Shown here in pieces: positions 12,459 to 24,929 of a stretch of 64,000 nt of DNA. The translations under genes and the position numbers were made by a program. The notes beneath the pieces were generated by a model that saw only the letters and a list, made by a program, of their open reading frames with translations, made no database searches and had not been told where the DNA came from. The stretch's first letter is position 1. The number at the start of each line of letters is the position of its first letter. Source of the DNA: Felis catus (Eukaryota); contig NC_058368.1 of the NCBI RefSeq assembly GCF_018350175.1, forward strand, positions 157,792,001 to 157,856,000, given 5' to 3'.

Positions 12459-15400
12459 TCAGGATCCACATAAGAGTGAAAACATATGATATCTGTCTTT
12501 CTCTGTATGGTTTATTTCACTTAGCATCACACTCTCCAGTTCCATCCACGTTGCTACAAAGGGCCATATTTCATTCTTTCTCATTGCCACGTGGTACTCC
12601 ATTGTGTATATAAACCACAATTTCTTTATCCATTCAGCAGTTGATGGACATTTAGGCTCTTTCCATAATTTGGCTATTGTTGAGAGTGCTGCTATAAACA
12701 TTGGGGTACAAGTGCCCCTATGCATCAGTACTCCTGTATTCCTTGGATAACTTCCTAGCAGTGCTATTGCTGGGTCATAGGGTAGGTCTATTTTTAATTT
12801 TCTGAGGAACCTCCACACTGTTTTCCAGAGCAGCTGCACCAATTTGCATTCCCACGAACAGTGCAAGAGGGTTCCCGTTTCTCCACATCCTCTCCAGCAT
12901 CTATACTCTCCTGATTTGTTCATTTTGGCCACTCTGACTGGAGTGAGGTGATATCTGAATGTGGTTTTGATTTGTATTTCCCTGATGAGGAGCGATGTTG
13001 AGCATCTTTTCATGTGCCTGTTGGCCATTTGGATGTCTTCTTTAGAGAAGTGTCTATTCATGTTTTCTGCCCATTTCTTCACTAGGTTATTTGTTTTTCG
13101 GGTGTGGAGTTTGGTGAGCTCTTTATAGATTCTGGATACTAGCCCTTTGTCCGATATGTCATTTGCAAATATCTTTTCCCATTCCGTTGGTTGCCTTTTA
13201 GTTTTGTTGGTTGTTTCCTTTGCTGTGCAGAAGCTTTTTATCTTCATAAGGTCCCAGTAGTTCATTTTTGCTTTTAATCCCCTTGCCTTTGGGGATGTGT
13301 CAAGTAAGAAATTGCTATGGCTGAGGTCAGAGAGGTCTTTTCCTGCTTTCTCCACTAGGGTTTTGATGGTTTCCTGTCTCACATTCAGGTCCTTTATCCA
13401 TTTTGAATTTATGTTTGTTAATGGTGTCAGAAAGTGGTCTAGTTTCAATCTTCTGCATGTTGCTGTCCAGTTCTCCCAGCACCATTTGTTAAAGAGACTG
13501 TCTTTTTTTCCATTGGATATTCTTTCCTGCTTTGTCAAAGATTAGTTGACCATACATTTGTCGTCTGGGGTTTCTATTCTAAAATTTTTTTTTTCAACGT
13601 TTATTTATTTTTGGGACAGAGAGAGACAGAGCATGAACGGGGGAGGGGCAGAGAGAGAGGGAGACACAGAATCGGAAACAGGCTCCAGGCTCTGAGCCAT
13701 CAGCCCAGAGCCCGACGCGGGGCTCAAACTCACGGACCGCGAGATCGTGACCTGGCTGAAGTCGGACGCTTAACCGACTGCGCCACCCAGGCGCCCCAAG
13801 GGGGGGGTTTCTATTCTAATCTATTGGTCTATGTGCCTGTTTTTGTGCCAATACCATGCTGTCTTGATGATTACAGCTTTGTAGTAGAGGCTAAAGTCTG
13901 GGATTGTGATGCCTCCTGCTTTGGTCTTCTTCTTCAAAATTCCTTTGGCTATACGGGGTCTTTTGTGGTTCCATATGATTTTTAGCATTGCTTGTTGTAG
14001 TTTTGAGAAGAATGCTGGTGCAGTTTTGATTGGGATTGCATTGAATGTGTAGATAGCTTTGGGTAGTGTTGACATTTTAACAATATTCTTCCTACCCATT
14101 AGCACGGAATGTTTTTCCATTTCTTTGTATCTTCTTCAATTTCCTTCATAAGTTTTCTATAGTTTTCAGCATACACATCTTGTACACCTTTGGTTAGATT
14201 TATTCCTAGGTATTTTATGCTTCTTGGTGCAATTGTGAATAGTATCAGTTTCTTTATTTGTCTTTCTGTTGCTTCATTATTAGTGTATAAGAATGCAACT
14301 GATTTCTGTACATTGATTTTTGTATCCTGAGACTTTGCTGAATTTATGTGTCAGTTCTAGCAGACTTTTGGTGGAGTCTATCGGATTTTCCATGTATAAT
14401 ATCATGTCATCTGCAAAAAGTGGAAGCTTGACTTCATCTTTGCCAATTTTGATGCCTTTGGTTTCCTTTTGTTGTCTAATTGCTGATGCTAGAACTTCCA
14501 ACACTCTGTTAAACAACAGTGGTGAGAGTGGACATCCCTGTCGTGTTCCTGATCTCAGGAAAAAAGCTCTCAATTTTTCCCCATTGAGGATGATATTAGC
14601 TGTGGGCTTTTCATAAATGACTTTCATGATGTTTAAGTATGTTCCTTCTACCCCGACTTTCTCAAGGGTTTTTATTAAGAAAGGATCCTGAATTTTGTCA
14701 ATTGCCTTTTCTGCATCAGTTGATACAAGATCATATGGTTATCTTTTCTTTTGTTAATGTGATGTATCACATTGATTGATTTGCGAATGTTGAATCAACC
14801 CTGCATCCCAGGAATCAATCCCACTTGATCATGGTGAATAATTCTTTTTCCATGCTGTTGAATTCGATTTGCTAGTATCTTATTGAGAATTTTTGCATCC
14901 ATATTCATCAGGGATATTGGCCTGTAGTTCCCTTTTTTTTTGCTGGGTCTCTCTCTGGTTTGGGAATCAAAGTCATGCTGGCTTCATAGAATGAGTCTGG
15001 GAGTTTTCCTTCCCTTTCGATTTTTTGGAACAGCTTGAGAAGGATAGGTATTATCTCTGCTTTAACTGTCTGGTGGAATTCCCCAGGGAAGCCATCTGGT
15101 CCTGGACTCATTTGTTGGGAGATTTTTGATGACTGATTCAATTTCTTCGCTGGTTATAGGTCTGTTCAAATTTTCTATTTCCTCCTGTTTGAGTTTTGGA
15201 AGTGTGTGGGTGCTTAGGAATTTGTCCATTTCTTCCAGGTTGTCCAGTTTGATGGCATATAATTTTTCACAGTATTCTCTGATAATTGCTTGTATTTCTG
15301 AGGGATTGGTTGTAATAATTCCATTTTCATTCATGATTTTATCTATTTGGGTCATCTCCCTTTTTTTTTTTTTGAGAAGCATGTCTAGAGGTTTATCAAT

Positions 15401-16511
15401 TTTGTTTATTTTTTCAAAAAACCAACTCTTGGTTTCATTGATCTGCTCTACAGTTTTTTTAGATTCTATATTGTTTATCTCTGCTCTGATCTTTATTATT
15501 TCTCTTCTTCTGCTGGGTTTGGGGTGTCTTTGCTGTTCTGCTTCTATTTCCTTTAGGTGTGCTATTAGATTTTGTATTTGGGATTTGTCGTGTTTCTTGA
15601 GATAGGCCTGGACTGCAATGTATTTTCCTCTCAGGACTGCCTTCACTGCATCCCAAAGTGTTTGGATTGTTGTATTTTCATTTTCGTTTGTTTCCATATA
15701 TTTTTTAATTTCTTCTCTAATTGCCTGGTTGACCCATTCATTCTTTAGTAGGGTGTTCTTTAACCTCCATGGTTTTGGAGGTTTTCCAGACTTTTTTCTG
15801 TGGTTGATTTCAAGCTTCATAGCATTGTGGTCTGAAAGTATGCATGGTATGATCTCAATTCTTGTATACTTATGAAGGGCTGTTTTGCGACCCAGAATGT
15901 GATCTATCTTGGAGAATGTGCCATGTGCACTGGAGAAGAAAGTATATTCTGTTGCTTTGGGATGCAGAGTTCTAAATATATCTGTCAAGACCATCTGATC
16001 CAATGTATCATTCAGGGCCCTTGTTTCTTTATTGACCGTGTGTCTACATGATCTATCCATTGCTGTGAGTGGAGTGTTAAAGTCCCCTGCAATTACCACA
16101 TTCTTATCAATAAGGTTGCTTATGTTGTGAGTAATTGTTTTATATATTTGGGGGCTCACGTATTCGGTGCATAGACATTTATAATTGTTAGCTCTTCCTG
16201 ATGGATAGACCCTGTGATTATTATATAATGCCCTTCTTCACCTCTTATTACAGCCTTTAATTTAAAGTCTAGTTTGTCTGATATAAGTATGGCTACTCCA
16301 GCTTTCTTTGACTTCCAGTAGCATGATAAATAGTTCTCCATCCCCTCACTTTCAATCTGAAGGTGTCCTCAGGTCTAAAATGAGTCTCTTGTAGACAGCA
16401 AATAGATGGGTCTTGGTTTTTTATCCATTCTGATACCTTATGTCTTTTGGTTGGTGCATTTAGTCCATTTACATTGAGTGTTATTATAGAAAGATATGGG
16501 TTTAGAGTCAT
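12459..16511 (-). pseudogene. L1 ORF2 (endonuclease, reverse transcriptase, CCHC), frameshifted and SINE-interrupted
   Basis: Motifs [39 protein letters not shown] and CWRGC..HC spread across several frames. Confidence 0.95.
13583..13797 (-). mobile_element. Young SINEC_Fc-type SINE inserted in L1 ORF2
   Basis: CpG-rich and nearly identical to the copies at 25168 and 63481; TSD GGGGTTTCTATTCTAA at 13567-13582 and 13804-13819. Confidence 0.96.
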
Positions 16512-16561
16512 TGTGATGTCTGTAGGTTTCATGCTTGTAGCGATGTCTCTGGTACGTTGTC

Positions 16562-17455
16562 TCACAGGATCCCCCTTAGGTTCTCTTGTAGGGCTGGTTT
16601 AGTGGTGACAAATTCCTTCAGTTTTTGTTTGTTTGGGAAGACCTTTATCTCTCCTTCTGTTCTAAATGACAGACTTGCTGGATAAAGGATTCTCGGCTGC
16701 ATATTTTTTTCTGTTCATCACATTGAAGATTTCCTGCCATTCCTTTCTGGCCTGCCAAGTTTCAGTAGAGAGATTGGTCACGAGTCTTATAGGTCTCCCT
16801 TTATATGTCAGAGCACGTTTTTCCCTAGCTGCTTTCAGAATTTTCTCTTTATCCTTGTATTTTGCCAGTTTGACTATGGTATCTCATGCAGAAGATCAAT
16901 TCAAGTTATGTCTGAAGGGAGTTCTCTGTGCCTCCTGGATTTCAATGCCTTTTTCCTTCCTCAGATCCAGGAAGCTCTCAGCTATTATTTCTTCAAGTAT
17001 ACCTTCAGCACCTTTCCCTCTCTCTTCCTCCTCTGGAATACCAATTATGCGTAGATTATTTCTCTTTATTGCATCACTTAGTTCTCTAATTTTCCCCTCA
17101 TACTCCTGGATTTTTTTATCTCTCTTTTTCTCAGCTTCTTATTTTTCCATAACTTTATCTTCTAGCTCACCTATTCTCTCCTCTGCCTCCTCATTCTGAG
17201 CTGTGGTCATCTCCATTTTATTTTGCAGATCGTTAATAGCATTTTTTAGCTCCTCCTGGCTGTTCCTTAGTCCCTTGATCTGTAGCAATAGATTCTCTGC
17301 TGTCCTTTATACTGTTTTCAGGCCCAGTAATTAATTTTATGACTATTATTCTAAATTCACTCTCTGTTATATTGTTTAAATCGTTTTTGATCAGTTCGCT
17401 AGCTGTCGTTATTTCCTGGAGGTTTTTTTTGAGGGGAATTCTTCCGTTTCGTCAT
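16562..17455 (-). pseudogene. L1 ORF1 (copy A), frameshifted
   Basis: Starts MTKRKNSPQK (ATG at 17455), frameshifts at the A run, ends ...LRGIL* (TGA 16564-16562). Confidence 0.85.
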
Positions 17456-18365
17456 TTTGGATAGTCCCTGGAGTGGTGTGGAGCTACGGGGCACTTCCCC
17501 TGTGCTGTCTTGAATAACTTGCATTGGTGGGTGGGCCGCAGTCAGACCTGATGTCTGCCCCCAGCCCACCGCTGGGGCCACAGTCAGACTGGTGTGTACT
17601 TTCTCTTCCCCTCTCCTAGGGGCAGGATTCACTGTGGGGTGGTGTGGCCGGTGTGGGCTAATTGCACACTGCCAGGCTTGTGGTGCTGGGGATCTGGCGT
17701 ATTAGCTGGGGTGGATCCGCAAGGTGCATGGGGGACGGGAGGGGCAGGCTCAGCTTGCTTATCCTCCATGATCCACTTCGGGAGGGGCCCTGTGGCACCG
17801 GGAGGAAGTCATACCCGCTGGAGGGATGGATCCGCAGAAGCACAGCGTTCCGTGTTTGCAGGGTGCAAGCCAGTTCCCTGGCAGGAACTGGTTCCCTTTG
17901 GGATTTTGGCTGGAGGATGGGGAGGGAGATGGCGCTGGCGAGTGCCTTTGTTCCCCGCCAAGCTGCGCTCTGTTGTCTGGGGCTCAACAACTCTCCCTCC
18001 AGTTGTACTCCAGCCCTCCTGCTCTCAGAGCAGAACTGTTAACTTGTAAGCTTCCAGATGTTAAGTCCCACTGCTGTCTGAACACACTCCGTCCAGCCCC
18101 TCCGCTTTTGCAAGCCAGACTCGGGGGCTCTGCTTGGCCGGCAGGTTGCCCCTCCGCCCTGGCTCCCTCCCGCCAGTCCGTGTAGCATGCACCACCTCTC
18201 CGCCCTTCCTACCCTCTTCCGTGGACCTCTCGTCTATGCTTGGCTCCGGAGAATCCATTCTGCTAGTCTTCTGGCAATTTTCTGGGTTATTTAGGCAGGT
18301 GTGGGTGGAATCTAAGTGATCCGCAGGATGCGGTGAGCTCAGTGTGCTCCTACACTGCCAGCTTC
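17456..18365 (-). promoter_or_regulatory. L1 5' UTR internal promoter (CpG-retaining)
   Basis: GC-rich segment upstream of ORF1; an internal Pol II promoter is established for L1 5' UTRs, but activity here is untested. Confidence 0.6.
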
Positions 18366-19299
18366 GAATCATATTTTTATTTAGTTGATTTCTGTTTTTC
18401 TTTTAATTTCCTTCTTCTATTTAATTTTGGTTTATTTTTTTCTTCTTTTCCTAGGCTCTTCAAGTAGAAGCTTAGATTACTGATTTAAGACTTTTCCTCT
18501 TTTCTATTGTAAGCATTTAGTACTATAAATTTTCCTCTCAGCGTTGCTTTAACAGTGGCTCACAAGTGTTGATACGTTGTACTTTCATATTCATTCACTT
18601 CAATGTAATCTTTGATTTCTCTTGAGACATCTTTTTGAGCCATGAGTTGTTTAAAAATGTATTGTTTTTCTGTTATTGATTTCTAGTTTGCTTCCATTGT
18701 GGTCAGAGAACACAGTCTTATGTTAAATTCTATCAAATGTGTTGATAGTTGTTTTGTGACCTTATATATGGTCTTTCTCAGTGTATGTTCTATTGTTCTT
18801 GAAAAGAATGTGAGTTCTGCTGTTGTTGGGTGGACTGTTTCATTTATGGAACATTTTGGTTGATGGTGTTATAGAATTTTCTGTATCCTTGATGATTTTC
18901 TATCTGATTTCTGCCAGTTGTTGAGAGAGGAATGCTAAAGTTTCTATAATTATAGATTTGTCTGCTTCTTTCAATTCCACTAGTTTTTGCTTCAGTTATT
19001 TTGTAGTTTTGTTGTTTGGTGCTATACATATCCAGGACTGCCTTGTGCTCCTGGTAGACTGACCATTTTATCATTATGTCATGTCATTGTCTGTGGTAAA
19101 TCTTTGTTCTTAGGTCTACTTTATCTGTTATTAAAATGGCTATTCCTGCTTTCTTTTGATTAATGTTTGCACGATATATCTTTTTCCTATTCTTTTACTT
19201 TCAACCTACCTGTATTATATTTGAAGTGAGTTTCATGTACACAGCATTTGGTTGGGTTATGTTTTTTAATTGACTCTGCCAATCTCTAAATAAGTGATG

Positions 19300-19580
19300 A
19301 ACATAAGTACACAAAATTTGAAAGCTACCAAAAAGGACATGTTAAAAAGTCAATCTCCTCCCACCCTTTCCCCCTTTATATCTCCTTCCCAAGAGGCAAC
19401 CATGTTCTCCAGTTGTCTTTTGTCTTATGTCCAAGCCAGTCTGCACACATGCAAGCATTTATAGAACTATAAATTTTTCCTTTAAAAAGAAAATACAAAT
19501 AAAAAAATGTATATACTATTCTACTTCTCACTTTATGTGTGTGTGTGTATACCTTGGATAATTTCTATGTTGGTACATAT
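19300..19580 (-). mobile_element. L1ME-like 3' end fragment
   Basis: tctcctcccacc...cttcccaagaggcaaccatgtt motif. Confidence 0.5.
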
Positions 19581-20084
19581 TGAGCATACTGCCAACATTT
19601 AAATAAAAATATTTTCTTCTGGTTTCAAAAATCTTAAAAGCCACTCTCAGGAAGTATGCTCTTTTGTACAAGATCACATGTTAAAATTCTCATAAGTTGA
19701 AAACATTTAGCAATCAGAATGGAGAATATAAATTATAATGAAATATATAAATTACTATACATATTGAGCTTAAATACTTTAGAATAAGTGTGCTGGAAAT
19801 CCACTCTTTTTAAGTCATAGATTTCCAACGAGTTGTGAGGTTATTTAGCAGCAACTGTCTATATGGCTAGGAATAATGGGATGAGATCAAGAAAAGGAGA
19901 GGCAATATTTAAAGTAAAAATATAGCTCCTGGAAACTTTGTAAATACTTTATGCCATTATTTTCTTATATACCCAAATGGGGGAAAGACTAGTATCCCAC
20001 AAAATAAAACAGAATTCTAGATCTTGGTATTTTTCTTTGTCTTTTATAATTGCAAATTAAAAAGGCTTCTGAAGAGATAGGGAT

Positions 20085-20340
20085 TAATCAATTCAACAAA
20101 TATATATTAGATATCTACTGTGTTCCAGAGACAGTTCCAGACAGTAAACAAAGTAGAAAAATCTTGCAAGCTCTCATTCTGGGAATAGCAATGGGGAGCA
20201 AAGAAAATAAAGGAATAAAACCGAGAAAAAAAGGCAGGGAGTGATAGGCATTTTGAAGAGAATAAAACTAGGTTATGTGTTGCAGAGACACAGGGAAATT
20301 GTTTTATATTTGGTGTTAGAAGATGCTGTTAAACTGAGAA
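20085..20340 (-). mobile_element. L2 fragment
   Basis: attcaacaaatatatattagatatctactgtgttccag 3'-end motif. Confidence 0.55.
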
Positions 20341-20704
20341 GCCCAGGAAACCATGTCCATAATCCAAGAAAAAGTCCTTTGCTTACATTGCTCTAGTTTG
20401 CTCTGTCCTCCTCTGACCTCCTTCTGGCTAAATCCTTAAAGCCACAGCACAGTCCTACATTCTTGGTAAAGTCTTCTGGGATATTCCTGCCAGGAGGAAG
20501 AAAATGCACCTGATGTAACAGCCGCTGTAAGTACTGGACTGGCGAATGATCTGATTGGCCCAGTGTAAGAAGGGTTGGAGAGAAGAAGAAACCACAAGTA
20601 GAAAGGCCAGATGAGGAAATTAAGCTAAATATATACTATCTCAAGAATATTCCCAGAAATTACTGTTAAAATTAAACCTCTGCTTACAGTGGAATACTGT
20701 ATAG

Positions 20705-21106
20705 CAGAAGTTCTCAAACTTTTTGATCTGAGGACACTTTATGTGCTTAAAAATTATTGAGGACTTTAAAGAGCTTTTGATTATGTGGATTATAGCTATT
20801 CATGTTTACCACATTGTGATTTAAAAGTGAGAAATTTAAAGACTATTTATTATAAAATTATTTAAAGCTAACAACACTAAACACATTGCATGGTAACATA
20901 AATAGCTATTTTTTTAATAAAAAGTACTTTATTTTGCACAAAAAAATTAATGAGAACAGAGGTGTTATTTTACATTTTGCAATCTATTTACAACTGGGTT
21001 ATGAGAAAATAGCTGGTTTCTAATCTCTGCTTCTCCATTTGATCTATTGTTATATATTTTACTTAAAGTATATGAAGAAGATACAGTCTCACATAGATAG
21101 ATAATT

Positions 21107-21160
<54 letters not shown>

Positions 21161-22131
21161 TTTCAAATACATGTGGATATCTTTCTTTGATACTACATTA
21201 AAACTTGACAAGTGGTAGTTCCTTAAAGGTTAATTGTAATGTGGATACTGAAATCATATCAACGAACATTTGATAGTCTGATATGTTAAATCCATTGGTC
21301 TGTCCTGGACTTTGAATTAATCTTGTACTAATGCATGATTTGTATTAGGCATTCATTATTCAGAAAACATTGGTTCACTGACTTATGCAGAGCCTTCAAA
21401 TGCTTACATATTTCCTTATATAATATTTCAAAAATCACATATAGTAAAGTATTTAAATGTTGTGAAGCTGTCAAATTCATGGTGGTGGACATGTTGTACA
21501 AACCATAATTTTTGTTTAAAAAGTTGAAGTTTTGTCATTGACATAAATTACTACCAGTAGTTTTCCCTAAAGTTAAGGGTTCCTTTCATTTATTTTTGAG
21601 AAAATGTCTGCTAAATACTCAGATTCAATAACCATTGTTTTCCTGTCAGTCATTCTTTCTAGTAAATTTGTGTTCCATGACAAAAGTGACTAGTTTAGCT
21701 TGCAACTCACATTGCTTTTCCTAATGAGTTTTTTTCATCCATTGTACTTTATGTAGAAGTACTTTATGCATACTTTACATCACACAGAATATTAAAAAGA
21801 CATGTACTCAAGGGTTGAGAGCTAATGTAATTAGTATTTTTTTTTTACTAAAGAAGTTATTAAATACAGTTGTCATTTTTTTGTTTTATGTTTTTGTTTA
21901 CTGGTGGTGCATGGTGTTGAACAATGATAGGATAATGTTTAGTACAATTTGGTGTCATTGCCTTGATTTATGCTAAGGTGCCAGCATTTTTATCCACTTT
22001 TGCTTTTGTACCATCAGTACAAATATCAATACGGCAAAAGGATAAATTATATGTTACAATATTTATGAAAATTGCTTACTTTTGGACCACACTTTAACCT
22101 ACATTTATCAATCACACTTTGAGAATTATTG
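20705..22131 (-). mobile_element. hAT Charlie1a-like DNA transposon
   Basis: Termini cagaagttctcaaactttttg and cacactttgagaattattg; about 1.43 kb; degenerate 8-bp TSD CTGTATAG / CTGGACAA. Confidence 0.8.
21104..21164. repeat. (TTTC)n microsatellite
   Basis: Direct reading. Confidence 0.95.
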
Positions 22132-23499
22132 CTGGACAAAAATGAGAATGAATGATCTGTAGCTACCCACAACAATAATGGTTGAATCTCACAAATATAT
22201 TGTTAAGTAAAGGAATCCAGATCCAAAAATAGTACATGATATATGACCCACTTATATACCCATTGTATATAAAATACAAAAACAGGGAAAGCTTATCTAT
22301 GGTATTAGAAATAGGAGATGGTTATCCTTAGGGAGGCTGAGTGAAAGGAAAGGGTAAACCTCTGGAGTGCTCTGAATGTTTTGTTCTTGAGGTAGGCATT
22401 TATCACATGCATATGTTCAGAGAGCTGTATGCTTATAATATGAACACCTTCTGTATATATATTACATTTTAACAAAAATTTCTGAAAGTAAAACAAGAGT
22501 TATTTTCTTATGTTTTATTTCTTATCCTAGTTTCTTGAAGGTTCTGAGTATGAATAATAAAAATTAAGAATAAGTGGCTTCTTGCTTTTTTAAACATCAG
22601 CATTTTTAGTTGTTTAAAAGATTTTGAAAAAAAAAATTAAAGGTTTTGCCTGGGTTTCAAATGGGAGACTCATTTTGGGGACACTATTTGATTTACACTA
22701 AGGTTTTTTTGTTTGTTTGTTGTTGTTTTACATTTGGCATTCCATATTCACTTTTTTTGTGTAGTAAACTGTACTTGATTACTTAATCTTGAAATATTTA
22801 CCATTTTTCCCTTAATTTTTTTTTTATGAATGCAGTATATATGGTTAGATGAAAGTTGTCCATGGGGTTTCTGACCTCAATGCAATTTTATGCTTTCAAT
22901 GGATTGTTGACGTGGAAAAAGGTCTTAATGAAGCAGAAACGACATTTCATGCCTTTGGTCCAGAAGAAGGGGCTGGCTGACACGGAAATAATGTAATATG
23001 TTTATTTGTTCTATGGCATAATAAGCTACACAATTTAAAATATTCTCTTAGAGAGATAGAATTAGTACCTAAAAACATTCAAGGTATTTGGCCTTTGCTA
23101 AAATATTCTCTTCCCAGAATCCTCTCCCATCTTCCCTATACATTTAAATCCTCTCCCTCTTCCAAGCTTCGCACAGACCCTGCCTCACCCACAAAGCCTT
23201 TCCTACCCTCTGCAATCGGTGGTTACCTCCCTTCTTCTGAACTTAGTACTTCTTATATAGCCTATTTTCCAGTTTATTTTTTCACTGATTTGATCTGTAT
23301 TTTTGTATTTATATAACTCCTACGTTGTACTAGGTTTAGGATCTAAAACTTAAACCAGCTGACAAGAAAGACCAGTTAAAAGCTCATTTCAAAACAGTAT
23401 GTAAAGTGTGACCCTAGAGATAAGCACAGGAAACTGGGCAATACACAGGCAAGGCACCAGCTGGGGCAGTATCAGGTGGAATTTAGAGTGACTGTCTGA

Positions 23500-23650
23500 G
23501 AGACCTTGTTCTGGAAATCTATTTCTTACAGTAGAAAATGGAGATAATAGGTGTTCCTGTCTTAGGCACATTATAAATGAAGGAGTAAATGAAGAAATGT
23601 GTGTAGAGCATATAGTATATGCCTGGCACAGGATAAGTGCTCAGTGAAAA
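23500..23650 (+). mobile_element. MIR remnant
   Basis: aaaatggagataatag...gcctggcacaggataagtgctcagt. Confidence 0.6.
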
Positions 23651-24614
23651 TGAAATACTATCACATTTTTATATTTTAAGTGTATATAATGTCATGGCCC
23701 ATGTGGTGAATTGTTTGAACTACATCACAACAGAAAATATGTAATCTCAGTTTAAATCAAAATTCTAAATTATATATCTTGAACTCATAAAAGGGAAGGC
23801 ATAACATACAATCACATTCCTCAAGAAAATCTCTGTTTTTTCTTTTTCCCCTTCTACTTCCGTTATACACTCATGAGCTGGGCCTATACATTTCTTTTCC
23901 AGTGTCCTCCTTCAAAACTGTTTGGTGCATCTCATCCATGTTGTTCCTGTCTCATGACCCAAAAGTAGCCATTGTATGGATAGGGAATGATTTGGAACTG
24001 GCCAGGGGAGATAAATGGGGAATTGCCTAGCTTAGTCACTATATGTAGTGGGCTCTCTAAATATTTTTTCATGATTGAGGAAAGTTTCTTCTAGCTACAT
24101 GTGTCAATGCCTTTTATCCTAATGTGATGGGAGGTGGGAAAGGGGGATACTTTCCATAAATGGTGAATATCAGCCGGGGTTCTAAGTTCTCCTGTCACCT
24201 TTAGTTATTTTTCATCATGAATCAATTTCCTCTTAATGATTCTTTCTGGACAACATCAGTAGATTAGCAATTCCAGAGAGCCTTCTTATCTCACTGTGAC
24301 CATGTCTCCTAATGCCTTTCCTAAGGAAGTTCACCAGGGAGATGTCTGTCCAGTTTATTCCTGGAGATAGGCATCAAAATAAATACTCTCACAGGCCATT
24401 TATAACCCATTTTTAAGAATGGTTTACTCACAGCTCCTTTTCTAGAAGTATGTAGTTAGGAAACAGAGATGGGTGAAGGGGAGGGAAGGGATGGAGAGGT
24501 GGAGGAGGAGAGGGAGATAGATTAGATTACATATAATTAATATAAATCAATTAAAGGATTTCTTTCTAAGGGGAGCGTGGAAGGCTAAGTTAGGGAAAGG
24601 GAAAAGAGAATGAA

Positions 24615-24800
24615 AACTAACATTTATTTTGTATCTACTGTATGTCAGGAACTATACAGGTACTTTACACATGTTCTCTCATTTAATCCTCAGAACAAAC
24701 ATTTGAGGTATTATACCTATTTTATAGATGAGGAAACTGAGGACTTTAGAGATGCTAAATAATTTATCCAAGGTTATACAGGTAGTAAGTTGCATTGCCT
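24615..24800 (-). mobile_element. MIR remnant
   Basis: catttaatcctcagaacaa...attttatagatgaggaaactgagg core. Confidence 0.75.
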
Positions 24801-24929
24801 AGGCCACACCAAAGTTGTAGCATGACTGACAAAAACTGTTATCAATTAAATTTTTATCTTTCACTATACCATGGTAGGGGGCTGTTAGAATCTATTACAA
24901 AAGTTCTAATGTCACTTCTTGTGGAGCAA

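Larger units (their letters stand above)
12199..18365 (-). mobile_element. Full-length felid L1 (copy A), inactivated
   Basis: GC/CpG-rich 5' UTR, ORF1, spacer, ORF2, 3' UTR and poly-A; 18-bp TSD with 2 mismatches GAATCAAATTTGTATTTA (12181-12198) / GAATCATATTTTTATTTA (18366-18383). Confidence 0.96.
7600..19288 (-). mobile_element. Ancient L1M (L1MC-like) ORF2 fossil hosting multiple nested insertions
   Basis: Degenerate ORF2 sequence resumes co-linearly on both sides of each younger insert; ORF 7547-7792 gives L1-like KKIFANYIFGKGLVTRVYKELLKLN and ORF 18844-19074 is endonuclease-like. Confidence 0.8.
20680..22475 (+). mobile_element. L1ME-like 3' end split by Charlie1a
   Basis: acagtggaatactgtatag before the insert and aatgagaatgaatgatctgtagctac...gaatctcacaaat after it are co-linear. 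Confidence 0.6.

Noticed and set aside
16666..17199. 177-aa + strand ORF, with a similar 131-aa ORF at 30441-30836
   Set aside because: It is the antisense shadow of A-rich L1 ORF1. Its S/F/L-rich composition and presence in both copies follow from L1 homology.
17399..17632. Apparent 59-aa N-terminal extension of ORF1
   Set aside because: The start is GTG rather than ATG, and the frame is not kept in copy B.
17594..18372. Stack of overlapping ORFs in the L1 5' UTR (possible ORF0 analogue)
   Set aside because: GC-rich sequence has few stops, many starts are GTG or TTG, and the frames are not preserved in copy B.
22880..22995. Coding-looking purine-rich stretch
   Set aside because: It has no convincing splice acceptor/donor pair and no recognisable peptide.
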